Positions 14,935 to 31,818 are shown, numbered from the stretch's first letter. The stretch is DNA of 64,000 nt from Octopus vulgaris (GCA_951406725.2 OX597817.1:23622001-23686000); one strand, 5' to 3'. Made by a program: numbers and translations. Notes: a model not told the origin generated them from the letters alone.

Positions 14935-16067
14935 CATATATATATACACATATATATACATATATATATACACATATAAATCATAGATACGAATATATAT
15001 AGATACACACATACAAATATGTATTATATATGTATGCTTGTATCTATGTATATGTGTGTGTACGTATGCATATATATATATGTATATGTGTGTATGTGTG
15101 TGTGTGTGTCTGTCTGTGTACATTAATACATACATATGTATACAAATACATTGTAAAGTTGTGTGGTGGGAGTACAAGACGCAGATATTCTGCCAAGTAT
15201 TCCTCGCTCTGAGTTTAATTGAAATTTATAGAATTCCTAAAGGCATTTATGCACGAATAATATGTGTGTTTGTGTCTATGAACCTTTGTAAATCATAAAA
15301 TTGCATATATTCTACTTCAGGCATACATGGGTCTATATATTCTAAACGTGTGTGCACAAGTGTGTATATGTGTGTGCGTGTTTATTTCCATTATTTGCTT
15401 CTCCACATCCTATGTATAGTCACATACGCATTATATTATTGACTGTGTTGTAAGAAGTTTAACTGAAAATATCAACCTACACATATATACACATTCTTTG
15501 AATTTGTAACCACGGCTGTATTGTTAGGTCAATTCCCAGAATAAGTGTAACAAATAAAATTTATTAGAAATAGTAACCTATTGTATCTCGTAGAGTATTT
15601 TCACTTCCTTTAAGTAAATCCATTTATAATACTGTTATTTGGCGTTTTAGTAGCTTTACATATCTTCGAACTAAGCTCATTATGTAAATTTTATCCAGAA
15701 ATATAACCTAAAATTCCGTACAGCTATAGTCTCATGTTATATGTACTCTCATCCCTTTCAACGTTTTACATATATTTTTAAATGGCTTGCTCTTAAGTAA
15801 ACGAGACAACCTTTTGCTCGTTGTTCACTATACTAAGAATAGCAGCTTAAAATCCTTCAAGCCAATACTTAATATTAGTAGAAACAATCTGATCAAAACA
15901 AATATATACTGCAGAATATTCTGTAACAGTATTCCTGAAACAAAATCAAATTTGTTTCGGCTATGCCACCACTCGAACAATATCGCATTTGGCATGAGCG
16001 ACATAAGTCAGTAACTATGAAGTCTTTCACACTGCTAGATATATCAACCACGTATCTGTGATATTAT

Positions 16068-16301
16068 ATATATTTCTTTACTACCCACATGGGGCTAAAC
16101 ACAGAGGGGAGAAACGAGGACAGACAAACGGATCAAGTCGATTACATCGACCCCAGTGCGTAACTGGTACTTAATTTATCGACCCGAAAGGATGAAAGGC
16201 AAAGTCGACCTCGGCGGAATTTGAACCCAGAACGTAACGGCAGACGAAATACGGCTACGCATTTCGCCCGGCTTGCTAACGTTTCTGCCAGCTCACCGCC
16301 T
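16068..16301 (-). mobile_element. SINE family A, full length
   Basis: Complete head to tail; 13-bp TSD TCTGTGATATTAT at 16055 and 16302. Confidence 0.9.
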
Positions 16302-17389
16302 TCTGTGATATTATTGGCTAGTATTTAAAACTAATACGAAAATGTTGAATAGTGTTTTCAGAAGTACATTATGAGTCAAGAAAGGATCAAAATTTTAAAA
16401 CTGGAGTAACTTTAGCCATACCTTTGCTCACTGAGAATCAACCTGAAGCAAACAACCAAAATGACATCAACAACAACAAAAATTTGAGACCATGAAAAAT
16501 CTTCTATGCGTTTACTGGATGTGTTTCCTCTTCTCGTAAATAAGAAGAATGTATTTTACAACATAGATTCTCATATGAAGAATAATTAGATAGTCACAAC
16601 TGGAACACGTTTCAAAATAAGTCTGTTAGTTCAGGAATGATGTGGGACTGAACAACAGTGGCAACATCATCATGCCTGGCATGAACAAGTCTTTAAAAAA
16701 AAGTGTACAAATGTCATGTAATAGGAAAAGAAAGTGTGCAATATGTCTGAGACTACAGTCTGCGTATGTGCTATTAGAAAGATTGAACAGAACTGGCAAA
16801 GAACGTGCGATAACTCTAGCAAAATGTCTATAGCTTCCAAAAGTCATCCATTTATATTTGCTTTTTCAGTACGAAGTTAAATTCTAATGTCACTTACATT
16901 TCCGTTGGTTTAATTCCCAAAACTTAATTTCACATTCTACTTAAATGAGATTCTTTTGTTATTGAGAAATGTCTATCGACTTATTTTCTGGGCTGTGTCT
17001 TAGTTTCAATGCTAGTAATCTAGACAAAATCTTAGAAAAAATCGTGCATCAAGATGAAAGTCGATTTAAATTCACAGGAAATACATTATTTCATTTATTT
17101 CTATGTCTCAACATGTTTATATTTACTAATATACGTTTCAATCCACTACAATATGTATCGACAAATATAAACGCTTGATTGTATAAGCAAAATCTTCAAA
17201 ATGAAGGATCAGTCGGACTAAGTTCAGCCTTATGATGGGAATATATTACATTATTGAACTTAATCTGCCTCGTTCCTCCTTTTATGTTCACAAATATGTA
17301 ATTTATGAATAGGTTATGCGTATGCATAACGTTGGATAATAATCTATTTTGTATTTTGTAGAACAAATTGATATTGCTTTCTACTCAAA

Positions 17390-17510
17390 ACACAAGGCCC
17401 AAAATTTTGGAGGAGGGAGCCAGTCTATTACATCGATTCTAGTACGCAACTGGTACTTAATTTATCGAATCAGAAAGGATGAAAGGCAAAGTCGACCTCG
17501 GTAGGAATTT
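17390..17510 (-). mobile_element. SINE family A-related fragment
   Basis: ACTGGTACTTAATTTATCG...AAAGGATGAAAGGCAAAGTCGACCTCGG. Confidence 0.7.
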
Positions 17511-17729
17511 GTAGAACAATATGAAATTGAAACAAATTAGCTAACGCAGCATTAATTTACTCATGTGTGCTTCTTACTTGGTGTGTGGGGGGAGACAGAG
17601 AGAGAGGGAGAAAGAAAGAGTGTATATTCATGTGTGTGTGAACGTGTGTGTGTGTATGTATGTGTATGTGTGTGTGTTGTGTTTGAATAATGATATAATC
17701 ATCACTTGAATATAAGGGCAACATATAGG

Positions 17730-18160
17730 TCCGAATTTTGGTACAAAGCCAGAAAGTTCGGCAGAAGTTGTAAGTCGATTATATCGATCACGAATTGGGC
17801 GGCGAGTTGGCAGAAACGTTAGCGCGCCGGGCGAAATGCTTGGCGGGATTTCGTCTGTCGTTACGTTCTGAGTTCAAATTCCGCCGAGGTCGACTTTGCC
17901 TTTCATCCTTTCGGGGTCGATAAATAAAGTACCAGTTTCGTACTGGGGTCGATGTAATCGACTTAATCCGTTTGTCTGTCCTTGTTTGTCCCTTCTATGT
18001 TTAGCCCCTTGTGGGCAGTAAAGAAATATATATCGATCACGAATGGATGAAAGGTTAAATAAAGCTCGGTGGAATTTGAACACAGAGCATAAAGACGGAC
18101 GAAATGCCGCTAAGCATTTCACGCTTCGCGTTGAAGAGTCTACCAGCACACCACCACCTC
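17730..18160. mobile_element. Nested SINE family A: young + copy (17797-18028) inside an older - copy
   Basis: 16-bp TSD TATATCGATCACGAAT at 17780 and 18029; the diverged antisense copy continues to ~18155. Confidence 0.85.
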
Positions 18161-19186
18161 ATAAAAACAATATATTCATTGGAAAATATATTTGAATGAG
18201 CAGTACACATATTTTAACGGCTCTTAGAAATAGAAGGTAAAATCCTGAATATAGTGGTTTTTAATTTGAAATTTTAGGTTAAATATAAATCAACATTAAC
18301 GCCGTTACTAATATATCGAATATGTATAGGGCTTTAAAGATATAGGATACATTAAACTGACGCATTTCCCCATCGTCAGGCGTCGTAGGGAGCTATATGT
18401 TTGCATACACAGCTGGCAATGACAATGTGAAGAAGTGAATGTCTTACATTTCTGTAATATTCTTCCATAGAAAAATATAAATCAACGCAGAGGTAACATA
18501 AGAAAGAAAGGAGATGCTTGTTCATAAAATTTCTTGAAAATTTTGAAAATAATAATAATGTGGTTGTCATGCATTATTGATGTGCATGAATGTTGCAAGT
18601 GAGCTGAAATATCTGTAAATCGAAGTGAAATGGTGTATCAGTCTCTGCTTATTTTTGGAGAGGAGGTTGGTATTTCGAGATATGCCTTCTGCATGAACTG
18701 GATATTGTTAAGTGAAGGCTGACATATTTAAAGTCATGAGCCAAAATAATATTTAGTCAATTGAAATTGCATTCGTACTACGATGATAAATCATTAGCAT
18801 TAATATAAATTCTTGTCAATGAGGACGAACGAAGAACTTCCAAAGTTTAAATTGATTAAAATTTTAATAGAAATTTGCATTGAGCACAATGTGTGATATT
18901 TGGGCATTTGTTAATGAGGCGTGTTGTACTACAGGACGTGGGCATTGCAGTGAAACTATCATGGTGTTTAGAAGCAACTGTAATGGATACAGAGATTAAT
19001 CAAAAATATAAATCAATACAGAGACAATGGCATGAAGAATGTAACTGCATTGCCCTATAATTCGTGCCTTTGTCCAAGAAAATGATGTTGTGGCTTTTCA
19101 GTAATTTTACTGCTTCTTAATAATAGATTCTACGATATCCGAATCTATGCTAGGGCAAACATACAAAATGACTACGACATAGACAT

Positions 19187-19580
19187 TCTTTTCTTCTTCT
19201 TCTTCTTCTTCTTCTTCTTCTTCTTCTTCTTCTTCTTCTTCTTCTTCTTCTTCTTCTTCTTCTCCTTCTTCTTCTTCTTCTTCTTCTTCTCCTTCTCCTT
19301 CTTCTTCTTCTTCTCCTTCTTCTTCTCCTCCTCCTCCTTTCTTCTTCTTCTCCTTCTTCTTCTTCTTCTTCTTCTTCTTCTTCTTCTTCTCCTCCTCCTT
19401 CTTCTTCTTCTTCTTCTTCTTCTTCTTCTCCTTCTTCTTCTTCTTCTCCTCCTTCTTCTTCTTCTTCTCCTCCTCCTCCTTCTTCTCCTTCTCCTTCTTC
19501 TTCTTCTTCTTCTTCTTCTTCTTCTTCTTCTTCTTCTTCTTCTTCTTCTTCTTCTTCTCCTTCTTCTTCTTATTCTTATT
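19187..19580. repeat. (CTT/CCT)n trinucleotide microsatellite, ~390 bp
   Basis: Direct inspection; source of the poly-R/K ORF 19172..19741. Confidence 0.97.
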
Positions 19581-19659
19581 CTCCCCTCCTCTTTCTCCTC
19601 ACCCTCCTGCTCATCATCATTTTTTCCAGCTTTTCTTCTTGTCTTCTTGGTCTTCTTAC

Positions 19660-21070
19660 AAAGGGTTAAAAATAGATTGGTTAAATTGTTCTGAAACATG
19701 GGCTTAAGCATTGTTTTCGTCGATGATATAACTGAAGCCAACTTTATGATATTACCCTTAACTTACATAAGGATTCCTATTTCCCATACCATAAACCCTC
19801 AACTAATCTAATATATACTGGCCCTCTCAGTAATCATTCAAAGGCTATTACAAGGAATTTAGTTAGAAATATTTCACTTAGACTTTCTAGATTACCTGTC
19901 TATGTTGATATCTTCAAAGATAAAGCCGTATTTATAACTCTGCCTTACTTAATGCTGGATATAAAGAAAAAGTTACCTATATTAACCTTATTGACATTAA
20001 TTGTACCTCTATTAATCAGAACAGGTGAAGGCGCATGGCTCAGTAGTTAGAGCGTAGAGCTTACGATCGTGATGTTTTGAGCTCGAATCCCGGACCGGGT
20101 TGCATATTGTGTTCTTGAGCAAGACACTTTATTTCACGTTGCTCTAGTTCACTCAGCTGTAGAAATGAGCTGCGACGTCACAGGTGCCAAGCTGTATCGG
20201 CCTTTGCCTTTCCCTTGGATAACACTGGTGGCGTGTATGAGGGGAGGCTGGTATGCATGGGCGACTGCTGGTCTTCCATAAACAACCTTGCCCGCATTTG
20301 TGCCTTGCAGGGTAGCCTTCTAAGTGCAATCCCCTGGTCAGTCATGACCGTTGGAGGTCTCAAATGAGAACAAGAAAGCGCATCATAACAGTTATAACAA
20401 TATAAATGTTAGTTCGAATAACAACACTAAATCGAAAAATATCATTTTGAAGCGTAAGGTAGATAACAGTTCTTTAAGAACTTTTTTTTACATTATGAAG
20501 GTAAACTTAGGACTTTTAACGATAATTACCCTAATAATAAGGTATGTTCTAGTAAAACTGTTTGGTTGATAATTCCATATGGTAAAGAGATCAAATCCAA
20601 CCTCCCTAACCAGATTCGTGAAGCTATACATAGGAATTTCTCCTAAAATTCAAGATACCATTCTATTATCAATTCACAACGAATTAGAATAGGGTTTTCA
20701 AACACCAAAAACCTGTCACAACTCATCTCTTCACATAACAATATAAATTCGATTCGCATTTATTTCCTTAGCAGGAGTTCTAAGACCAGAGACTCTGTTT
20801 ATCAATGTAAAATTAGTTCCGGTTCAGAAATCTTTGTTTACATAGGTAGTTCTTCATCTCAGTTGTCGAAAAGAATATCTAACCATTACTCTTCATTTAG
20901 ACATATCAATAAGCGCAGCAATACTGGACTTAGTAAATTAATTTGGTCTCTACAGGAACATAATAAACTATTTGGTTTGGAATGGAACATTCCATCTAGA
21001 TCCTTTCTATATGATGAAGGCAAATCCTTTTGTTGCAAACATTGGCAAAAACATACCTTTATTTCCTATA
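19660..21070 (+). mobile_element. Penelope-like element remnant (RT thumb, linker, GIY-YIG), interrupted by a SINE
   Basis: DITLNLHKDSYFPYHKPSTNLIYTGPLSNHSKAI...RLS; TVWLIIPYGKEIKSNL...IRIGFSNTKNLSQLISSHN; VYQCKI...VYIGSSSSQLSKRISNHYSSFRH...TGLSKLIWSL (GIY-YIG-like). Confidence 0.78.
20027..20360 (+). mobile_element. SINE family B (OR-like)
   Basis: GAAGGCGCATGGCTCAGTAGTTAGAGCG...; colinear with the copy at 10743-11095. Confidence 0.88.
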
Positions 21071-21498
21071 ATTAGTTTCTACCAATCTATAAAATTTCAC
21101 TTTTGGCTGTCTTCTTACATTTCATTTCCACTACATGTATCTACTTACATGCCTTTAAGCTTTATTTCCACTGATTTATCGCACTGTATTTCTTCATTCT
21201 TAATTTTCTGTTAATTTCTTTCTTTCTCCTCCTCCTCTTTCTCTTAATATGACTTTGACGTTCAATCTATTAACGGTATTTAAAAAAAACCAACTTGCCA
21301 GCATTCCCTTCGTCATATACGCGGTAACAACATTCGGTTAAAATGGCTTATTGATGTGCTTTTTTCTCTTTTTTTCCTGATGAGATGATTACATTGCTTT
21401 ACATCATTTTATTCCCTCGGGAATAATACTACTGTTTTCTTCAAAACATATATCGGAAGTACAACGATTTGAATAACACCTACGTTTAACTACATTTC

Positions 21499-21609
<111 letters not shown>

Positions 21610-21782
21610 AAATAATTGATACGGAAGACAGAGTTACTGTAAATTTTATTTAGCTTGAGGATCGTTTCGGCTTACGTTTGCACTGCTCCCTAGTGGTCGG
21701 GAAACGATATAATGGAATCGAATGCAACCCACTATGCAGAAAATTTATCAGGTTACATAATAATTTACAGTGTTATTTTTAT

Positions 21783-22503
21783 ATATATAAAACTGAGAAT
21801 GTGTGTCTGTCTGTCTGTGTGTTTCCCTAAAACTTGAGAACTACACTACCAATTTCATTCAAATTTTAAACATGCCTTACTTAGGGTCCATGTAGTTTCA
21901 TGGGCAAAAAAATGTTCAACTTCTTGCCTAGAGCGAGCCCATAGCAATATCATATCTTCTCCACTTTTTCAGTATTACGTGTTAAAAGTGAAACAAAAAC
22001 ATTTCTCTATTTTATGTCAGATGCTTTCACTTTAACAATAAAAATAATAATAACAATTGAATTATATGTAGTAAGTAATAATTAAAATCAAACTGAAGTA
22101 TGATATAATCGTAACATAACAGAAGTAAAAATAGCAAATGGTATAAAATTGCATCAATGATTTGAACTTCAATAAGTGGTTTCACATGAATGGGAATAAA
22201 TTAAAAAATAAAATTAGCGCGCAGAAATGGAATAGTCCAGATGGATAATAAAAAATTAAATAAAAAAAAAGGCTATTGTCTATAAAGTATACAGTGTAGA
22301 GAAAAAAGAGGAGCTAATAATTCCTGTTTGTTATATATTTTGAGTATTGTTATCACTAGCGATATCAAGATATAACTTTGTATTTTGCATTTTATGTGTA
22401 GATGTATATATATAGATGTACATGTAATATGTACACACATATATATACACATATATACATGCACTAGCACTATGACCCGGCAACGACGGGTCTTTAATGC
22501 TAG
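21783..22503 (+). mobile_element. Non-autonomous Helitron-like element
   Basis: 5' TATATAAAACTGAGAATGTGTG(TCTG)n; 3' GC-rich hairpin CCCGGCAACGACGGG followed by CTAG|T; no TSD. Confidence 0.7.
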
Positions 22504-22910
22504 TAATATATAAATTTCACTACTGTTTGTGACAGGATGGTGTTAATATCATGCGTGCATTTATATTAGTCCAAAGACCCATTAACGATGTAGGATGTTT
22601 GGTAAGTATTCGGGAAGTTGTAGGTAAAGAATTCAAAGAATAAAATATAAAGAATAAACAGGAAGATCAGAATGGCTTCTCAATGAAAAGCGCTCTAAGG
22701 GATGTGGAGTTTTTTTCAAGTTTGGTCAAGCTCTTCATTCGGGAAAACGTGGATACACACACAAACACATACACACACAAAGACACACACACATATATAT
22801 ACATACACAAAAATACAGAATCATCTATGTATATCTATATATATATACATAGATATCTATCTATATATATATATATAATCATATATATTTATATAAATAT
22901 ATATATAAAC

Positions 22911-23613
<703 letters not shown>

Positions 23614-23629
23614 GGTGCTTTCTTCCAAT

Positions 23630-23731
<102 letters not shown>

Positions 23732-23857
23732 CTGCTCGCTTAGCCAGCGGGATGGCGTCATTTCAAGGCTAAAACAATGCGAACGCATTGTGACCAGCGA
23801 TGTGTAACAACACCTAATGGTCTGGTTGGTCCCGTGATCCCATGATATATATATATA

Positions 23858-24702
23858 CAGGAAGGTGTGAACAACTGTCGTCTATATTATGCGATAATGA
23901 AAATAACATTGACATCTCTTTTTATCAGATATATTTACCAAAATTACATAAAAATATCTTGAAATAGTAAAGAGTAAGCTTATTCAGTAAAATCTCCATT
24001 GGCTTCAACCACAGCCTCCTGACGACTTTGGAATCTCCTGCAACTTCTCTGCACGGTCTCCTTGTTTATGTTGGTGAAAGCTGCTAAAATCTTGGCCTTC
24101 AGGTCATCTTTGGTATTACAAGGACTTTTGTTGGTCTCTCGCTCGACTGCGCCCCGCACGTAAAATTCAAGTGGTTGCAGTCTAGGGGGTGTTAGATATT
24201 AAGGTTGATGTGGTGGCAGAAATTGTCTGACAGCCATGACTGTATTCTCCTGCTTGTGTGACATGGTGCAGAGTCCTCTTGCCAGACATAGAGTCTTCCA
24301 GTAGCCATCCAGGGATTTCCTGTTGGCCTCCGTGTTGAATCTGAAACCGTGTGGGAAGATAGATAGAGGCATAACTTAGCCATCACTAGTGATCGCTAGA
24401 AACACATTCGTGATCGCCATTAAACTCATCCAACTCTTTCCGAATCATCTACACTATCCTCAGATTGACACCTAAACACTCTGAAATATTCGTAGTGGAA
24501 CTTCCGGCGCGAATGCCCAGAAGTACAGCATGTCGCTTCCGAATTTCTGGCAGAATGAATTGCGTCATGGTGCTGTATTTTTTCTCACAAAGAGTGCCCA
24601 ACTGACCCTACTATACTGTGTAGTCATCAAAATGCGAATCAAACAATGCGCATGCGTGAAATTAAAAGTATAAAAGGGTGCAAATTTATCCATCGCACCC
24701 TG
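23858..24702 (-). mobile_element. maT/DD37D (Tc1-mariner superfamily) internally deleted transposon
   Basis: MTQFILPEIRKRHAVLLGIRAG N-terminus; YVWQEDSAPCHTSRRIQSWL...GAVERETNK...EAVVEANG; TA-flanked CAGG termini with degenerate TIRs. Confidence 0.75.
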
Positions 24703-25027
24703 TACATATATATATATATATATATATATTTAGTCATACACACACACATGTAACACAAGCATGAAACATATTTTTTACAGAAATTAAATTAAAGCATTAA
24801 AACATACTTGCTTTCAGAAGATCCTTATGAAAAGGACTAAGAAGATTAGACATAAGCAGCATTTCCTATTTTGAGCCACCTCTCTGCAACTAATCTATAT
24901 TTTGTGGATTGCAACCAACCAATTATTATTCCTGACACTACTAACGGCAATATTGCCTTTTCTTATATATCAGTAATATATATAAATGTGTGTGTGTGTA
25001 TGTGCTTGTATGTATTTATATATATAT

Positions 25028-25076
<49 letters not shown>

Positions 25077-25088
25077 TGTATGTGCTTC

Positions 25089-25159
<71 letters not shown>

Positions 25160-25887
25160 GAGTCAAAGAGTGTACGTATGGGTGCTTGTGTGTGAGAGTA
25201 TGTGTGCTTGTATATGGTTTTATATGTGACATTTATAGGGGCCTACTGGTTGACCTACTGAAGAGCTCTTTTTCCCCCTCTTTTATAGCACTTTATTAAT
25301 TTCGCCCGCCGTCTGAATCTCATTCTACGGAGCACCAAGTCTCCAGCTTCGTTTTCTCTTTTTTTTATGAATATAAATATTCTTTATAAATGAATTTTCT
25401 CTCGTCATTGTTACCAACTAACAACAAGTCATTACTAAACCGTTATTTCTATAATATATTTATTCCGCCCTCGCATTAGGATGGACCTTGAGCATAATAT
25501 AAAAGCAACGTATTTTTATGCGAGTTTTCTAAGGGTCATTATCATCCCAAAATTATCATCATTATCATCACAAAATAATCATTATCTTCACCAATGTCAC
25601 TCCTTCTATCAACACATATCACTCTACCTATAGCTATAAATTCGTAATTTATATTGCAGTTAGTGTTATGTTATTTTCATCATATCACTGCACATATAAC
25701 CTGTTTATTTCACATTTGTACTTTTGATATCATTTCGTTTTCGATATTAGTGTTAGATTTAATATATTTATTTTACTGTGCAAATAGCTACAAATTTGAC
25801 TCCACTGTCATCGCCAACTTTCAACGGGTTGAGAACACAAAATGCAAGTCTCTTCACATTTCCAATATCAATAATACATATTTATAG

Positions 25888-26690
25888 TCATTGCAATCCC
25901 AAAGAGGAAAGCAGCGGCATCTGCAACGAATAGCACAAAAACAAATAGAAAATGGCCAACGAAAATCTTGCTGTCTCCTCGGATAAAGAAGGGTCGTCGG
26001 GCGAGACAAAATCACCCGAGGGGGTGATCGTCGAGCGATCCCCCGCCAAAAGGAAAAAAAAGTGAGAGCGGGTGAAAATCCACATGTAACTCCTAAATCC
26101 AAAAGTTTTGTGGGTACGCAGCTGAACCTATAAACATGACACCCTAGCTCGAAAGGAAAGCAAATGACATGCTAGCGATAAGGATGACACATAAACCATT
26201 TCTTCGACGTGAAACACAAGGGTTGTATTGTCCGAGCTAGTGTTGTGAGCTCAGAAAGAACACGGCAATAATCTAGAATTCGGTCTGTGACGGACCATAT
26301 CAGCCGATTTGAAAGAGATTTGCACGACATTTCAGCAGCATTTCAGCGACCTCTTTCCCAGGACTGATATACTTGACACAACGGGCTTTCAGGACTACCG
26401 CGATGGCATGCCGGGCAAGTCAGACAAGGAGATTGTGTGTTGCGACATGGCAGTTTCAGTGGTGGAAATTGCAGAAGTACTGAGCCGCTGTTTGGGAAGG
26501 AAATCGTCAGGATTGGATGGTCTTGCCTATGAGCTATATATACACATGTCTGATTTGTTTGTTCCGGTTTTGACAGCCGTGTAGAGCACCTGTCAACAAA
26601 CTAGGGACATTCCCAGCTGTATGAGTCGAGGAGTAATAACTCTGCTGAGGAAGTGCCCGAACAATGGTGACGTGGTTGAAAACTAACGGA
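25888..26690 (+). mobile_element. L1/Tx1-clade LINE ORF2 fragment
   Basis: RKSSGLDGLAYELY...IPSCMSRGVITLLRK matches KSPGxDGLxxEFY...GxITLLxK; homologous to the minus-strand copy at 33.5-34.3 kb. Confidence 0.8.
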
Positions 26691-27321
26691 CCCAGCAGCA
26701 CTTCCTGAACAAAAATATTTTCTTATGTCTCTCGAGTTGCTGCTGCGAATCTCGTATTCTTTGGACTTAAACTTTCGTTGTTTTCTTTTATTATTTTGTC
26801 GTTGACCGCTGCTGCTGATGATGATAGTGCCGTCGGAGACGGTACTGTTTTCACAGTTTTTCTTTGTTTCTTCATTCACCTCCGAGTTTGTGATGGCGGT
26901 GTAGGGAGCAAAGGAATATTACATTCATTTGTCTGCCACTGTTGTTGTCGTTGTTGCCACCACGTTCTATGTCTTGGGGCGTAGATATGGTAGCTTACTG
27001 GCGGGTGCAGGAATACACTGCGACCCCCCGCTCTTGCTAGTTTGGTGAAGAAAGCTCCACCATATTAAACATTTTAGGAAACTTTTCGAAAAGAAAAATC
27101 TATTCCCGAAAATTTGCTCCTTAGGGCTGATAAGAATAGTTTTTGACTGGACCCCTCTTGTCTGCACAAGATCGGACACACAATGTGCAAAAAGAAAAAA
27201 AAAGCAGAAAACTAACTTTAGGAACGAAATAAAGTCAAAAACTAACAAGGACGAAGACAAGTGTTGTTAGACAAACAAGCCATGCAAACTCCCCCGCTCG
27301 ACGCATTAATAATAATAACAA

Positions 27322-28159
<838 letters not shown>

Positions 28160-28161
<2 letters not shown>

Positions 28162-28385
28162 TCCGTAATGTAGTAATAGGCAGTGGCTCTCATGGTTTTT
28201 GAACTTAACAGATTGGAAGTGTTATCATGTACATTGTTTTTTGTTGGTGGAAAAGATGGGTCTCAGAAAATATTCTGCTCAATACTGCAGATTTGCTGGT
28301 CAGTTGCTTAATCTTAACCAGGTGAGCATGTCCCATAGTGACAGGCAATATGTTCATCTTTGATCACGAGCATCTCTGATCACGA
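28160..28385. mobile_element. Family T partial copy, followed by a SINE A-like fragment (28385-28510)
   Basis: Colinear with the first ~250 nt of the 27488 copy. Confidence 0.8.
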
Positions 28386-28509
28386 GGTCGACTTTACCTT
28401 TCATCCTTTCGAGATCGATGAATTAAATACCTATGAAACACTGGGGGTCGATGTAATCGACTAGTCCCCTGCCGGAAAATTTCAGGCCCTTTTGTCTTTA
28501 GTAGAAGAG

Positions 28510-29096
<587 letters not shown>

Positions 29097-29098
<2 letters not shown>

Positions 29099-29320
29099 GA
29101 TGGCGAGCTGTCAAAATTGTTTGTGCACCGGCTAAAATGCTTAACAGTATTTGGCTCGTCTTTACATTCAGAGTTCAAATACCACTGACGTCGTCGTTGC
29201 TTTTCTTATCTCTTCGGGGTTCGATAAAATAAGTACCTGCTGTGTACTGGGGTAGAGGAAATCGACAAACCCTATCCACTAAGAGTTCAGCATTGTGCCT
29301 ATAGTAGAAAGGATTATTGC
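29097..29320 (+). mobile_element. Old SINE family A copy
   Basis: GGCGAGCTGTCAAAATTG...GAGTTCAAATACC...TTCGGGGTTCGATAAAATAAGTACC. Confidence 0.7.
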
Positions 29321-30003
29321 TCTTGTTATACACCATCATCATCATCATCATCATCATCATCGTCATCGTCGTCATGTGTAAGAAAATCATACTAATTTTT
29401 AAAGTTACGGCTTCGTAGAGAAAGCCGTAAGTTACTAGCGAGAAAGAAAGAGAATACTTAAATTTTATTTGAATACTAAATAGCACCCAATGAATTTAGT
29501 AATGTCCCTGAAAACACAATGCACGTGTCTAATTTATATTTATACTTTTACTGTAAATATAATGAAAAAATATACAAATTTCGTAACTGTATATTTATTT
29601 TTTCATTAATGACGTTTCGTATATATGTATTCACCTAAACAGTAACTTGAGTATGACTCTCTCAATAAGATGATTATGTAAACAACCAGATTATTAATGA
29701 GAGACTGAAACATTAAATTTATACCCTGCAGCTGTTTTATCGAAGTTTTACAACTCATAACTATGCCAGAAAATGTTTTCTATATCAAAAGGACTTTCTG
29801 TTGGTATGGATAGTAATAACGACAAAATATTCATGAAAACAAGCTTGATGGCAAAATAAATACAATATTTTAAATAATTTAAACTTAGTTAATGTATTTT
29901 ATAGACGTTTAGAAATTTATTGTAAAATCACGCCTCAGGGTATCCTAAATGTGCTTTGATTATAGCTTGATTAGTTTTATTTAATTTCCTCTCTAAATGA
30001 TTA

Positions 30004-30072
<69 letters not shown>

Positions 30073-30649
30073 TGTTTGTATGTATATATATGTATGTATT
30101 TATATATATATATGTATATATGAATATATACATACACACACATTTATATATATACATATATATATATATAAAGACACATATATATATATCGATATACATA
30201 TATACATACACACACATATACATATATACATAGATGCATACGCATACACACACACATGCATAAATATACATCTATGCACATATGAAGTATCTGTGTTAGT
30301 ATGTATGCATGTATTTATGAAACATTATAATGTCTTGTGTGTGTGTGTGTGGTTATATATGTTTTTGTTTCAATTTTCAATCAAATGTAGCATTAGAAAG
30401 TTTATATTTATAATTGGATAATTCATAATTCATTACTTAATGTTTCACTCACTCGTAAAATTATGTTTCATCATCCAGGTGCGATTCATCAATAATGATT
30501 TAACTGTCAGTCTTTGCCAACTTCGCCCGTATTTGATTCTAAATAAAGATTGTTTAGGGCTAATAAAAGTTAAGAACTTGGCATATAATTATTGACAATG
30601 GAACCTAATCTACTCGCTTGCACCAGCCTTGATGATTTCCTGAATTTTT

Positions 30650-30987
30650 CTTAACGTTTCCGTGATTGTGCCGTTAAATGTAATCGAAGGAGAGGGGCTT
30701 TCTCCATCCGGGTTGCGGATCCGTGGAATAAGCTGTCGGACGAGATGGTGAAGATGCCGACGACCGCTCGGTTCAAAGTCTCCCTTGACCACAAGTGGCC
30801 TGAACTCTTTACATGAACACCACCCTGTACATAACTCCATGTCCCCCTGCATGGCCTTGCTTTTTGCTTTTTGAGCCAAAAAATGAACTAACTAACTTAC
30901 TAACGACACCCCCTACGTGGCCTTGCTCTTTGCTTTTTGAGCCAAAAAATGAACTAACTAACTAACTAGCTAACTAACTAACTAACT
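30650..30987 (+). mobile_element. CR1-clade LINE 3' end with duplicated 3' UTR and (TAAC)n tail
   Basis: RRRGAFSIRVADPWNKLSDEMVKMPTTARFKVSLD matches the CR1 motif FSxRVxxxWNxL...FKxxLD; the terminal ~55 nt are present twice. Confidence 0.8.
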
Positions 30988-31396
30988 TCTGCGTTTCTCG
31001 TCGAAGAAATTCTCAAAGACCTTTTTCACTTGGAGTACGTAGTAAGAAATGTCTTTATTATTTGCTTTCTAATATATCGATTCGTCTTTTCTTTAATTTC
31101 TTTTTTTTTTTACTATTGCATATTTGTTTGGTCTGAGAGAGATTCTATCGTTTTCCTTGATGTTTATTATATACTTTATTCCCATCCCGGAGATTATTCA
31201 ACCTCGGGAAATACGTGTTCAGTCTTCAATGTCTTCGATCTTCTTTTTCGTTGTATTCTGAGTTGCCTGTAGGTATCACGAATTTGTCTGTATGTAGCCA
31301 ACCAACCGGAACAGTAGAGAATTTACACGAACCTAGCGGGCGAAAACCCTGGCAAATTACGAAGTTGATAATTCGCTCTGATAGTCCTAGTATGAT

Positions 31397-31467
<71 letters not shown>

Positions 31468-31702
31468 GGAAAACAACAACAACAGAAATAACAACAAGAA
31501 CAATAATAATAACAACAACAACGATAACAATAATGATGATGATGAGGATTTCTCTTATTGGCCACAAAAGCCCAAAACATAAAGGACTATCAAAGGACGA
31601 GATACAACACATAACAAGTGGGGCTTATATCAATTACAGGGAGGCACAAAAACATTAAGGAATATAACAAAGGATATAAAATACAAGTTAGAGAAATAAA
31701 TA

Positions 31703-31818
<116 letters not shown>

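Noticed and set aside
16640-16835. Cys-rich frame resembling a piggyBac C-terminal domain
   Set aside because: Requires several frameshifts and no catalytic motifs or TTAA-flanked TIRs were found.
21375-21470. CTGATGA...GGAAGTAC at the end of the 19.7-21 kb PLE as a hammerhead
   Set aside because: The GAAA core and stem I cannot be formed; at best a decayed relic.
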